This document shows, piece by piece, positions 9,390 through 22,133 of a stretch of DNA of 64,000 nt (the first letter of the stretch is position 1; the number at the start of each line of letters is the position of its first letter). The stretch covers positions 769,995 to 833,994 of the forward strand of contig NW_003314338.1 in assembly GCF_000143415.4 (NCBI RefSeq). The letters run 5' to 3'. The stretch is from Selaginella moellendorffii. Taxonomy: Eukaryota > Plantae > Lycopodiophyta. The notes beneath the pieces were generated by a model. The model had not been told where the DNA came from and searched no databases. It was given only the letters and a program-made list of their open reading frames with translations. A program made the translations under genes and the position numbers.

Positions 9390-11647
9390 CTAGAGTGGCA
9401 ATGGAGAAACTCTCTCATTCTTCCGAACACATTTGTTATGGCTCTTGGAAGCTGGCGATGGAGCCTGTGCGAGCGGGGGTGGCGGGAGAGGAGAAGCCTG
9501 CGATGAGTGGTGGTGGTGGTGGTGGTGATGATGATGATGAACCGCCGCAGACAACGATTGATGCTGAGTTCCCTGCTGCTGCTGCTGCTGATGGATCTGG
9601 ATCTGCGGCGGCCTAGACAGTGGAGCCGAGTAAGAAACGCTGCCAGCGGCGAGCTTGGTGCAAGGAGCCGGCGATGGCGACAAGGTGGAGGACGCTAGAG
9701 GCGGAGGAGGAAGCTTGTGGAGCTCGCTGACTCGAGGTGGCGACGCAGCGGTGGGAGAGACCGTCGGGGACATCTTTGGAGTTGGAGTGAGAGGCCCGGA
9801 TTTGTACAAGGGGTCGACTGGGAGCGTCACGCACGGAGGCGGCGGCTGCGTGAGAGGGCCGCTGCTGGGGATGAGCCTCCTCGGCTTGGACGATGCTGTG
9901 GAAGCCAGAGGACCCGATTGGAAGCGACGAGGAAAGCTTGGGAACGTACTTAGCTTCTTGTGCTGCTGCTGCTGGGGAGGCGAGGGACGGCGAGCTTTGG
10001 AGAGATCCGGGCTTGGTATCCACGATGGCGATGGAGATCCCGTTGGCTCTGTGACCGAGTACATCGGCGGTGCTGTGGAGTGTTCTTGTGTGTTGGGAGC
10101 TGACGAAGAAGTTTGTGTTGGCCTGTAGAGATGTAAGACGCCTGGATCGCGGCTGCCTTTCCTCCGCAGCCATGAGTTTGTTCTCGAGAAGATCGGCGCC
10201 TTCTTGTTGGACACCCCGTCCAGCATGACTTCGTGGATGCTATTTACACCGTTTGCCTCTGCGAATCTAACCGGGGAGAGTGGAGCCGATCTGCTGCCCG
10301 TGTGTGTCTCATACGCAATGCTACAGTGCTTTGGACTGGTCTCCTCCTGCAGCAAAGTTTGACAGTTAAACAAAAAAGAAAACCAGCTGTTGCACTAAAC
10401 TTCAAAAAAAGAGTCATGGGAAGAGTCTTACTTGCTCTAAAGAACTCGACTGGTCGGACTCTTCGGTAGCATCCTTGGTCTTAAAGAATGCATCATTCTC
10501 CCCTCCATCCAGATAGTCCAACGAGGTATCTAGATTACGTTCTTGCACTATCCGACTTATGCAAGGGTCGGCATCGTCTAGGCAACCAAGGCCTTGTCTA
10601 AACAAGTGCATCTGCCAACAATACCACGGTTAGCACGTTGGTAGACGTTTTCTTGCAGGAGAAGTAAACCTGAGCTGAGTGATGCCGAGCAGCTTGCGTG
10701 AGAAGGTGTCGAGGACGACTTTGCTCCAGGGAGTGAAGACGGCATCCCAGAAACATGGCCAGCTCGTCAAATTGCTCCTTGGACTCTTGCAGTTGTTGCT
10801 CAATCTGCGCTTCGGCTTTCACATTCTTGGCTCTGGATTTTCGTAGCCTCATGTGATCGAACAAAATCCTGCGCCACCAATTCGTAAGAACAGCTACATT
10901 AATTTACAGAGACTTGCTAGCTACCTCTTTTCGTCGTATTCTTTCTTCGTTTCCTAAGAAAAGGAGAGGTACGTTTCCAGCTTAAACAAGAAAATCTTGA
11001 TTACCGAGCATACCTCAATGTGACCGAGCTCGCTGAGCAAGCCTTCCGCTGGGACCTTCAGCGTTTCAGAGACGTGGAAAGCCTGGAGAGCTCTACAATC
11101 AGAAAGTCGCAACAATTAAAGCCACAACTCACATAAAGATGGAGAAGCCTTGATAGCTCAGACTGTGTCTTGCTGACTTCCTTGAAAGCTGTATCTGCGC
11201 ACGAAAAAAGATCTTGGAAGCTCAAAACCACGCATTCTAAGCCGAGCTTACTGATATCTCCGTTGTTGTCCAGAGCAAAGGACTCCACCAAAAATGCAGC
11301 CATCTCTTGGATGGCTTCGGAAAAGCCTGGATCAATGCAAAACAGTCACGCCTGTCCACACGAAGAAAAATAAATTCCAGTCTGACCATAAGCGCGACCC
11401 GCGACACGAGAAGAAACCGCGTGTAACCCTTCGTACTGATTCTTCATGTAGCAAACATCCTGAGCAAGAAATCGCAAAGAACACCCAAGAATGAGGCGAA
11501 TTTCAGCTCCACAAGAATGCCAGACTCTCCACAAACCTGCATGCCCCTCGTGATCTCCTCGATATCCTGTGTCGGCTCCAGAGCCGCCGCCGGCGACGAT
11601 TTCTCCTTGAATCGAGCGAGCTCCTTGATCTTCTTCCATGACTTCAT
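9390..11647 (-). CDS. At2g33490-like protein (N-terminal BAR-like helical domain, Pro/Ser-rich C-terminus), multi-exon
   Basis: MKSWKKIKEL start; family motifs RLHSLEQSRPRHLLTQAARHHSAQ, repeated SGPL, SPTVSPTAASPPRVSELHKLPPPP; short GT-AG introns; polyQ/polyH tail. Confidence 0.8.
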
Positions 11648-11819
11648 CTCTAGCACGCCACACAGCGTTGCTGATTCGAGAAATACCCCCCTGGAACACT
11701 ACATTTCACGAGCCGGCCGTGCGGATCGAGCGCCGGACGCTTTCACGCGGTCGCATCGAAGATCCCGCGACGAATGGAGCGGCTCCATGCCGCGCTCACG
11801 CATTCTTCCGCCATAGCTC

Positions 11820-12200
11820 AGCACTAAAGGAGAGAGACTACCCTAAAATCCCCTCTCGCTAACCATGCTTTGTTAAGCCCTAAAAACGCGGGGTCTTACG
11901 CTAAGTCAGGTCAAAGCCCCGGAACCTACGCGGTCAAAAGCGGCACGTCAGCTAATATGTTTTGCCGTGCATTGTTGGTCAAACCGAAACTTTATCTGTA
12001 AAACTGTCCCAGCCACTTGGCGGGACAGGACTCATCCACGTGGCGTGCCAGATAAGCCCTATTCTCGGCACCGTTGGATCAAATCTGGTGACTAGGGCCC
12101 TCGCGAATTTAGGGCTCCAGGAGAGAAAGAACACAAAAGAGAAGATCGCTCGTCTCGCTGCAACGGGCTTCTTCGGGCAGCAACGTTGATAGAATCTTGC
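11820..12200. promoter_or_regulatory. Divergent promoter between the At2g33490-like and Alba genes
   Basis: G-box CCACGTGG near 12036, CACGTCA near 11944, several CCCTA/TAGGG telo-like motifs. Confidence 0.4.
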
Positions 12201-12278
12201 GAAGGAAGCCCAGGTTTGTGATGCGCGATGTGATTTGGATGGATTTAAGCGGAGTTTTCTTGCGATTCTTGTAGAGCA

Positions 12279-13557
12279 ATGGACCGCTATGAGCGAGTGG
12301 AGAAGCCACGCAATGAGACCCCAATCAGTGAGAATGAGATCCGGATTACCACGCAGGGGAAAATGCGCAACTACATTACCTATGCGATTAGCCTGATACA
12401 GGTGAAAAGAAGAAGAAAAATTCGCGGATTTTCATTTTGTTTCTCTTGTCTTTTGAGCATTGCAGGATAAAGGCTCCGAGGAGATTGTGCTCAAAGCAAT
12501 GGGACGAGCAATCAACAAAACAGTGGCGATTGTCGAGATTGTCAAGGTGGGAGTTCTTCTTTTTTCCTCTCTTTTTTTGTTCTTGCTCGAGGTTTTTGAG
12601 CTGAAAACTCGCTGTTCTTGCAGAGAAGGATTGCTGGCCTGCATCAAATCACCACGATTGGGTCGACTGATATCACGGACTCGTGGAAGCCACTCGAGGA
12701 AGGACTTGTTCCGTGAGTATATCATGCATCGCTTCTCCTCTTTCTTTTTAACTTGGCTTGCATTCTCACCAGGCTGGAAACGACACGGCACGTATCGCTT
12801 ATCTGCATTACCCTGTCAACGAAAGAGCTAGACAAGGATTCCACAGGGTATGTAAGCTCAAGCTCTCTCTCCTTGTTTCCTTCTTCTCTCTTCAGGATTT
12901 TCACACTTCCATTACAGGTATCAAGCGCCTCTCCCACCTGACCAAGTGAAACAGTCGGGAGAATTCGACTACGATGGAGGAGGTATGTTTCAACTTCACT
13001 GGCTTCACTTTAGAACCTCTTGTTCTCTCGAGCAGAGATTTCACCACAGGGCGGCGGCCGCGGCCGAGGCCGTGGCGGCGGCGGCGGTCGAGGTAGAGGA
13101 GGTGCGTATTCTTCTCACTTTTTTTCCATTCACTGTGAGAGTCACTTCGCAAAAGGCTTTTTGTTTTACTTTTTCGTCGCTCGTTTTCATAGACTCTCTT
13201 CGTTTTCTCAAAGTCTAGAAAGCTACGTCCTTATAGCTTTGATCCAGACCAAGTTGCTGAAAAAATTCTCTCTTTTTGTCCTTTTCTCCAGTGTTTGTAG
13301 GCAACAATCCAGCGGCTGGACGTGTCCGAGGCCGAGGCCGGGGCCGTGGAGGCCGAGGTCGAGGCCGAGGTGGTGGAGAGGGAGGAGGGGAGACATCATA
13401 CCAAGAAGGCCCTCACACCGAAGAGACCGGAGGAGAGGCTGTCCGAGGACGAGGTACTCTTAAAAACGTTGATAACTTATCTTTGATCACTTGGTTTCTA
13501 TGCACAGGACGTGGACGTGGCCGTGGACGAGGCCGAGGCCGCGCGGGCGTTGCTTGA
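12279..13557 (+). CDS. Alba DNA/RNA-binding protein (Rpp25-like clade) with C-terminal RGG repeats, multi-exon
   Basis: MDRYERVEKPR...ENEIRITTQGKMRNYITYA, LKAMGRAINKTV, PLEEGLVPLETTRHVSLICITLS, GYQAPLP; GRGRGRG tracts. Confidence 0.93.
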
Positions 13558-13688
13558 TATCTCCTTAGTGGTCCCCTCTACAGTAGAAGTCCTTTTGAAA
13601 ATTTTTGGCGAATTCTTTTTGTACACTCGAAATCACTGGTAGGCTTCCGCTAGGCTTCCGCTTTTGTTTTGTTCCTGTTCGTTTGTCT

Positions 13689-16160
13689 CTACAAACAATG
13701 GTTTGTAGCGTGAGAATCCGAAAGTGTTTGTAGCTTTGCACGGACCTTTGACGAAAGCTCCTCTAAGAAGCCGCTTTCTAGATGTGTCAGCCGAGCAGTC
13801 AAGTGCCGCTTCTCGCGCTCCAGTGCCTCTCTAATGGACGAAAGCTGCTTGAGGCCGTGCTGCTGGATAAGCCTCAGAGGAAGCTCTAGAATTTCCTGGA
13901 GCGAAAACAAAGTCAAAGGGACGATAAAAAAATCTCGAAGTGACTGACCTCTTCTTCCTGGCCCCGTGCAATCGCATTCGCACTGGCAAGGATAATCGCT
14001 GCGATGACAGTGACGGGCGAGATTCCTTTAACTTGCAGCTTAAGGAATGCCGACTCCACCTCTTCAAAGTCAAGCTGCGGTGTTTGTTCCGTTTCAAACC
14101 TGTGGAGCACCGACTTTGTGTCTAGCAGCTCGCACACGTCCATTCTTAGCTTCCTCCATAAATCCACCAGCGACCAAGCGTCGTCCGTGGTGGTGGCCGC
14201 TGCCAACTCGCTCTCCCATCCAAAGTCGGACATTCCACCGGCTGAATTTAGCAGCAAGTTCTGACGAAAGTCATGTAACAGTACTCCAAGGTCCTGTTTG
14301 TTTTTTTTTATCAATCCGTCAGTCCCAGAGTAGCTGTAGCAAGAGCGTGAACGAAATCTGACCTTGGTCTCAAAGCTCTGCCTGACTTTATATCGCCATG
14401 GAAGTCTGTGCTCCATCCAGGACGAGCTCAATAGACTCGTCGGGACCAGCTTTTCAAACTGGAGCATCTCTCTTCTCGCCACACGCATAAGGACGTCTCC
14501 TCTCGCTCTAGAACGGTCAAAAGTGTGGGGTGACGTTGGCTGCTCTCCCGAAAGCTGCAGCTGTCTAGGCGAAGGCTCGAGCTGGTGAACGAGAATTGTC
14601 AATGTTTTTCAGAAGAGGGTGTCTTCGTACCTTAGCATAGCGATCGTCAGACTCGTCTAGCAAACTATGCTTAGATGTTGCTTCGGTTGTCCGTGCGTCT
14701 TTGTCTGCATTTGCGTCGGACAGACAATCCATTCCTGGAACAGCGAAGTTAGTGTCATTTACACATGGACTGGGCTCGATTTTCCCGTGAATGTCTCCGT
14801 CAATCTGCCAGAGAATGAAAGGAAGGCGTTAATAATACCAACAATTTAAGAAGCTCTACCTCAGGATGCAAATCTGGTTTCTCCGCGGGGTCAGATTCCA
14901 GTTTTACGACCATAGATACACCCGAACAAATGGATTTATTGTGTGCGTGATCATCTTGGCGATCTGCTACATAATTACATTGCTGTTCACTCTTGGCTTC
15001 ACTTGATTGAACGGATACTTTGGCTTCAAGCTCTTTTTGCTGCTGCCGACCTGTATAAACCTTTACGTAAGAAGCTTATACAACCAAAGCAATACTATGC
15101 CTTCTATTTTTCGAAGTGAACGGTACTGCAAACGAATGCTTTCGCCGCTATCAACAGTCCTCACGAGGTACCTGTAAAAGAAAGACCCAACGCATTGCGT
15201 GCACTTTAAAACAGTAAACAAGTTACCATCCATTCAAGCATTGGGACTTGATTATGGCGGCTTGTCCACAAAAGCGCTCTGGAGTTCGCTTGTTGCCCTT
15301 CAAATGAAAACTTCATCAGGAAAACTATAAAATCTGGTATCAAAGCAACAATCACCTGAATGAACACGCGATCATTCACCGAAAATGGGAACTGGACACC
15401 TTTGGGCTTCGGTGACGAGTTCAGCTAGAACGCACCAAAAAGTAAAAACTAGCCAGAAGTACTTAAGTTACCTTCTTGCAGTCAGAAGGTCTCTGCTCGC
15501 CATTATCTTCCCTTTTCCGTTTAGCGCATCCAGGGCTTGCTTTCTGCTCCCGCAAGTATGCTTTTGCAGCAGCACGTAGCGCTGGCAATCGTACGTCTTA
15601 GGCCCAATGCGAACACATATCGAACAAAAGCTTTACCAAAATTGGGAGTTAAATATCCTGTTGAAGTGATCGATGCCGCACAAATGAAGCACACACCCTG
15701 CCAACGTTAAACACTTATCAACCAAAAAGAAGAGCAAACAGAACAGCGAAGACACACCGTCTGAACAACGCGTTTCAATCCATCACTCCCGAAAGAATGG
15801 CCACATTTAGCAACCATGGCATCCTCTAAGAACGCTCCTCTGCATGCATGAGAAAAGAAAAACTATAAGATTATCAGCAGACACGATCACTTACGAGAAG
15901 GGATCGCAAAGAACGTCCGGTAGAGAGAGCTGCTTCACATTCTCAATCTCAATGGTTTTCACAATCCCTGGACGTTAGATAAATCGCTTAAGATGAAAAC
16001 TCAAAGGAGTGTCTCTAGTACCTTGTGATCGTGGACGATCGCGAGAGCTCCCATTTCGCCTGGAGTACACGAAACCTTTTCCCGATCCACCAATCGAGTT
16101 CTCTCCATTCCGGACCCCAGCCATATTCCCATCGTCGCCAGCGCTTCCAGAGCTTCCCAT
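13689..16160 (-). CDS. PUB62/PUB63-like U-box protein with a long C-terminal extension, multi-exon (start codon approximate)
   Basis: U-box VLCDPFS/LEDAMVAKCGHSFG/TPNFALRAAA, then GVQFPFSVNDRVFIQGNKRTPERFCG...KSQCLNGWYLV...GESIRLQYRSLRK as in PUB62/63; further open exons to the stop at 13689. Confidence 0.75.
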
Positions 16161-16714
16161 GCTTGCTGGATCGTCTAGAAAAACTACCGTCCAGCGATAT
16201 TTCGAGCGCTCCAGAGCTGCATTCTTCGCTAGGTCACCGCGATCGATGCGCAGAACCCTAGAAAACGCAAGCGCCTGTGGCTGGCAGTGGAGGCGATCAG
16301 CAACCCTTACCAAAGACACCCATCCAATAAGGCGATAGACGCGATCAAAATCTCATCCGACTCGCAGAATCGTGGCGATAGAGCGACGAGGAGCTTCTCG
16401 AGGGGCGCTCCTCCTCCGCCATAGCCGCAAGCTTGAGCACATTGAACACCCGCTCTGCTGACGTGTCTAACCTTTGCAACGTGGAGCAGTCATTGCCTGA
16501 CACGTATATAAGCAAACACTTTTTGCCGCCTACGTGGCTTTAGGGTTCTATGGCAAATATTTTGGGGCCGATTTCCAAGAGGCTCGATTGCCTGCTCAGC
16601 GAAAGTGCCAGCGGCGGCGCCACAAGCAGGGTAATCTCCAGCGGTCCGGCGTTAGATCCATCCCAATCTCTCCAGGAATGAGCGATCCAAGCGCGCGCGG
16701 CAGCAGCGACGGCG

Positions 16715-17797
16715 ATGGAGGCCGGGAAATCCTACCCGGTGGCGGCATCCGACTACAGGGTCCTGGAGGAGATCGGGCACGGCAGGAACGCGACGGTCCA
16801 CCGCGCGCTGTGCGTGCCGCGCGGCGAGATCGTCTCCATCAAGAGCATCGACCTGGAGAAGTGCCGCAGCGATCTTGACGAGGTACGCCGCGAGGCCCAG
16901 ACACTGAGCCTCATCGACCACCCCAACGTGGTGGCGGCGCTCGCGCTCTTCATCGTCGGCCAGCGCCTGTGGGTGGTGATGCCGTACATGGCCGCCGGCT
17001 CCTGCCTGACCATCATGCGCGTGGCCCGGCCGTACGGCCTGGATGAGCCGCTCGTCGCCACCGTGCTCAGGGAGTGCCTCAAGGCGCTCGACTATCTCCA
17101 CTTCCACGGCCACATCCACAGGGACGTCAAGGCCGGGAACATCCTCGTCGATCAGCACGGCGGCGTCAAGCTGGGCGATTTCGGGGTCTCGGCCTGCCTC
17201 TTCGATTGCTACAACCGGCAGATCGCGAGGAGGACCACCTTTGCTGGCACTCCGTGCTGGATGGCGCCCGAGGTGCTGGATCCGGTTTGCGGCTACGACT
17301 GTAGCGCGGATATATGGTCGCTGGGGATCACCGCGCTGGAGCTCGCGCAGGGCCACGCTCCACTCTCGGATCTTCCGCCCATGAAGATGGTGCTGGTGGA
17401 GCTCTCCGGTCCGCCGCCGACGCTGGAGCCCGAGAGAGCGAAAGCTTTCTCCAAGAGTTTCAAGGATTTCGTGGCCTGCTGCCTCCAGAAGGAGGCGAGC
17501 AAGCGGCCCACGGCCGGAAAGCTGCTCAAGCATGGATTTTTCAAGCACGCCCAGAGCAGCGAGTACCTGGTGGCGCATCTCTTGCGTGAGCTCCCGCCAC
17601 TGTGGGAGCAAGTGAAAGAGCTGAGGAACAGGGATGTGGCCGAGCTCGGGAAGAAGATCTCGCTGCCAGAAGGCGAGCAGCAGCAGCAGCAGCAGGAAGT
17701 CGTGAGCGAGTGGAATTTTTGCGTCGCGGATTCGTCGTCGAGTTCGTCAACTTCTGGCAAAGGAGAAGCCAAGCCCGAGGAAGAGGAGAAGAAATGA
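16715..17797 (+). CDS. Intronless STE20-family (FRAY/SPAK-OSR1 subfamily, MAP4K/BLUS1-like) Ser/Thr kinase, 360 aa
   Basis: EEIGHG, SIKSIDLE, HRDVKAGNIL, DFG, TFAGTPCWMAPE, DIWSLGITALELAQGHAP, SKSFKDFVACCLQK, C-terminal SEWNF. Confidence 0.95.
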   Translation: MEAGKSYPVAASDYRVLEEIGHGRNATVHRALCVPRGEIVSIKSIDLEKCRSDLDEVRREAQTLSLIDHPNVVAALALFIVGQRLWVVMPYMAAGSCLTIMRVARPYGLDEPLVATVLRECLKALDYLHFHGHIHRDVKAGNILVDQHGGVKLGDFGVSACLFDCYNRQIARRTTFAGTPCWMAPEVLDPVCGYDCSADIWSLGITALELAQGHAPLSDLPPMKMVLVELSGPPPTLEPERAKAFSKSFKDFVACCLQKEASKRPTAGKLLKHGFFKHAQSSEYLVAHLLRELPPLWEQVKELRNRDVAELGKKISLPEGEQQQQQQEVVSEWNFCVADSSSSSSTSGKGEAKPEEEEKK

Positions 17798-17984
17798 AGA
17801 TCCAGATCTTAGAAACTTACCATAGAACTTAAAATGTGTGATTTTTCACTGCGATATAGTAAAAAGTTCCATCTCCATCGCAAGTTCTGGAAACTCTCGA
17901 GTAAAAATGTCAATGAAAGTCAAGCCAGTCAATGAATGGTCAAGATAGTCAATGAAAGAGCGTGAAGAACCCTAGAAATGCGAC

Positions 17985-19675
17985 ATGGAGGATGGCGTTC
18001 TCTCACCGTAAGCGCTTCTCTCACACTCTCTCGCTCGTTCTCTCTGATGAGATCGTCCCTACAGGCCATTGCGGCGATTCCTGGTGTGGATGGCGAGGAA
18101 TGGGATCCAGTACAGCGACGCGCTGCGTTTTGGCATGGATGGAGTGGTTTCTGGGGCTGGAGTGAGGGCATTGCGCGATCTCCACCACGGCGAGCTCATC
18201 GCGACCATTCCCAAGGCCGCTTGCCTCACGCTGCTCACCACCGCCGCGCGCGACGCGATCGCGAGGGCGCGGCTTGGAGGTGGATTGGGGCTCACTGTGG
18301 CGGTCATGTACGAGCGCAGCAAAGGAAAGGGATCGAAGTGGTATAGGTATTTGAAGACTCTTCCTTGCCAGGAAAGCGTCCCATTCTTGTGGAGTGAGGA
18401 AGAGATCGATGGATTGTTGCTCGGGACCGAGCTCCACAAGGTAGAAATCTTTTTCTTCTTGTTCTTCTTGACGAGAGTTTTGCTCCTTTGTTTTTCTTTC
18501 ACAGGCATTGAAAGAAGATAAGCTTCTCATGAAGGAAGACTGGGAAGAAAACATAGCTCCGCTAACCAAAGAGGATCCTCTCGAGTTTCCAGCACAGGAT
18601 TTTACGTTCGAATCCTACCTTGCAGCAAAATCCCTGGTTTCTTCTCGCTCTTTCGAGATCGATGCCGAGCATGGCTATGGCATGGTGCCTCTAGCGGATC
18701 TGTAAGTGTAAGTTGGTTTATATGTTTCTCTCTTTCCATTTCTCTTGTTGATCTCCTAACGCTGGATTTTCTTTTTCTTCCAGCTTCAATCATAAGACCG
18801 ATGCTGAAGACGTGCATTTCATGCTGAACGCCAGTGACAGTGATGACGACGACGACAACAATGGTTTGATCATTGACGATGGATTGGCAAACGGTGACTG
18901 TCGTGAAATCTCTAGCGATAAAAGCGTGCTGGAAATGGTGATGGTGAAAGACGTAGCAGCAGGCTCGGAAGTAAGTGCAAAAAAGAAAAAGCTTTTGTTC
19001 TGACTTGTTTTGTCTCTCCAGATTTTCAACACCTATGGACAGTTGGGCAATGCCGCGCTGCTTCACAGATATGGATTCACAGAGCCAAACAATCCTCACG
19101 ACATAGTGAACTTGGACATGGACTGCTTGCTCGAGGTACTTCTCTCCCGCTTCCAGAAGAAACGCGTCCGCAAGCGGGGAAGAGTGTGGAGAAAAGCTGG
19201 TTTCTCCGGCTGTGAATCCCAAGGCAGTGAGTACTTTGAGATCAGCGCTGCTGGGAAGCCACAGATCGAGCTGCTGCTGCTGCTGTTTGTGATCCAGTCT
19301 CCGGCCCGGGATTGCGAGGCTCTCGAAGATGCTGCTGCCAAAGTGAAAGGAAGGGTGAAGAAGGCTGCCAAAGCTCTCGGGTGGCGCAAAGAAACTCATT
19401 GGGGTCCTCATCCAACCAAGAAGCCGAGGTTAGAGAGTGTGGAAAGCAGATTGGAACGGTGGCTACTCAACTCCACAGTGATCGATCTGTTGTTACTCGT
19501 GATTGGCAAGCGAGACGAGCTATATGGTATCACTTTTGGTAAAGAAGAGCGAGCCCTTGGCGAGTGTAGACAGCATACCAAGGAGCTCCATGCTGCTCGG
19601 CTGAGAATAGGGGAGCGAAGGATTCTACGTGACTGCAAGCAAGAGTTACTCAACATGAAAGCAAAACAATGCTGA
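17985..19675 (+). CDS. SET-domain lysine methyltransferase (SETD6/RKM-like, At3g56570-like), multi-exon
   Basis: LRRFLVWM...IPKAACLT...VMYERSKG...SRSFEID...GMVPLADLFNH...EIFNTYGQLGNAALLHRYGFTEPNNPHD; first intron 18008-18064. Confidence 0.9.
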
Positions 19676-21982
19676 CAAAGATTAAAAATCTTTTGCTAAC
19701 TAAGCAATCATGGGAACATCTTGCAGCAGAATTAATCATTTTAATTCTGACAATTGACAGTGAAAACATAGAATAATTGTCAATATCTGTGCTCTTAAGA
19801 GCCAAATATCTCCAAGTTTATAAATGATTTTAGCATCTTAGGAGATTCTATTGAACATAAAGAATTTGACACATTGAATTGGAATCAACCAGTTTATAGA
19901 TTTATTATATATAAATAATTACTGCTAGATTAATATTTCTATACAAGACAAAAACAAGGTTGATCTTATCTAACACATAATACTCAAAAAATACAAGCTC
20001 AAAAAAGTAACATAAATAAAACAAAGAAAGCTAGATATTTATACTATTACTATGGGAAATTATATAACCCTTAATTAATCTACTATTATAAATATATTAA
20101 AGTTTAAAAAATATAAGATGTTATTGAATGAGAAAAAAGTTAAGTGTTAAGAAAGGAAAGATTAAAGAAGAAAAATGATAATTAAAAAATAGATAAAAAT
20201 TAATATCTATAATTAGATATAGACTAAAACTATTATATAAAAAATTATATATTTGTTCTCATTAATATAAAAGTATTAAATTATTTTTTTAATATAGTAT
20301 AATGAGACTAAATGAAATTAATATTGAACAGGAGTGCATTTGAAAATACTTTACATCCCTCCTTGGTGCCTTCTACAAACTTCACTTTCTTCTTTGCACC
20401 AACCAAAAATATTTTTTTAAAAATATTGAAATTATCACAAAAGTTTTAAAATTAATTATATTTTGTTAGTGGACTATAATGCAATAAAATATAGTATTTC
20501 TAAATTTATTTCTTTGTTACTACGAAAGAAAGAAAGATTTGATCTTTAAGAATTATATTTTAAGGTAAATATTATTCTTTTACTTTAAATTTTATGATTT
20601 ATTTAATAGTGATTTTATTTAATATTTTAACTAAAATTAAATTCCTATAAATGAATTATGTAGTAAACACTAACTTCTCAAAACTTGCAGAATCATCAAT
20701 TCCAAAATAAATGTATAAATAATTAAGTAGAAATGCTTCAATCTTGGTGATTATTGTGATATAGCTTATAAATTTATAACCATCATCAAAATCAAAGAAT
20801 TAGTTGAAGAGTATTAAATAAATATTGTTTTAGTAAATACAAATATTTTGAATTAAGTTCATATTAAATTTAATACTTTAGTAAGAAGAAATTAAATAAA
20901 ATGTTTTATTAATTGATATTAAACTAAATTAATTAATTTTTGAAAATTATTTAATTAATAAATTGTTTTCACATGCTACTTATTTACACCTTAAAAATTC
21001 TTATATTTTTTAAGTTTTGCTTTTGTTTTTAGCAAAACCTAGTTTTGCTAGCAAATAACTTACATTCTATACCTTTAGTTATTTTATTTTTTCTTTTTAG
21101 TTGACTTAATCAAACCTGTAAGGGATTAGATATTAAGAATATACTTGAGTATTCTAGGATATTCTACCATCAAACGATTAATATTCATCTTTTCTTATAA
21201 TTTATAATCTTTCTTAAACACTTTTTAGTATATCTTAGTTTGTTCTAGATGAATATTGTGTTTATAAATTAAAACATGTTTATACTTATAATCTTCTACT
21301 AAACATAAGCTGCATGGTTGGCAAAGTTTTTCATATATTATCAATAATCTCTTGCTGGATCTTTAGGACACCTTCACAACCTAGATCTTCACAATTCCCA
21401 CCAACTTGCCATTGCACAATAAGGGGTGAACATTTCCCCAATATCCTTTCAGATCAATGCTGTAAGATGACTTTCAATCAATTGTATGTTCACATCCTAA
21501 AGCTGCAAATTGAACATTGAGTTCAAGTTGGAGCACAAAAAGGAATTTAGCCAAGGGTTGAAAAGCAAAAGTATACACACATTGTTTAGGCTTGGGAACT
21601 TTTCTCCCAATTGTGTCATAGTAAGTTCTTTTGAGAAAACATGATGTTATTCACAAATTTAGCCAAATGTGAGGCAATTAGGAAAAGCAAGCACAATAGC
21701 AGCACACCCCAGCTCATTTAAAAACTGAACATTATTTTGGCTGCAACTGGCAATCTTATTTAATATCCCACTATCAAGCAATGCTCAGTAATTCAAACAC
21801 TAATTTAAGTTCTTATGGATATTGACACATGCATGTGATCACTAGCTTTGTTTAGCACTCTCTTCACAGAGCTAACGTATCTGCATGGTTGAATTCAAGC
21901 TTTTAATTCATGAATTTGTTAAAAAATCCATGGAGTAATACCTGAGCTCGACACAATTGAAATTGAGGGATGTATTATGCTT

Positions 21983-22133
21983 GAGGGATGCATGCATAAT
22001 ACATGTAAAAATTACCTCTTCTCTCACAATAGCCAATGGGCATGCAAGTTGTGTTGCTAGAGGGATGCATGCATAATACATGTAAAAATTACCTCTTCTC
22101 TCACAATAGCCAATGGGCATGCAAGTTGTGTTG
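21983..22133. repeat. 77-bp tandem duplication
   Basis: GAGGGATGCATGCATAATACATG...GCAAGTTGTGTTG at 21983 and again at 22060. Confidence 0.95.

Noticed and set aside
9500-9592. CAC/CAT and CAG triplet runs
   Set aside because: Ordinary polyHis and polyGln tracts in a low-complexity C-terminus
16652-17611. 319-aa minus-strand ORF
   Set aside because: Antisense shadow of the GC-rich kinase gene; no recognisable domain
19700-21300. Very AT-rich block, possible organellar insert or special structure
   Set aside because: No organellar gene, RNA gene or periodicity recognised; most likely decayed repeat DNA
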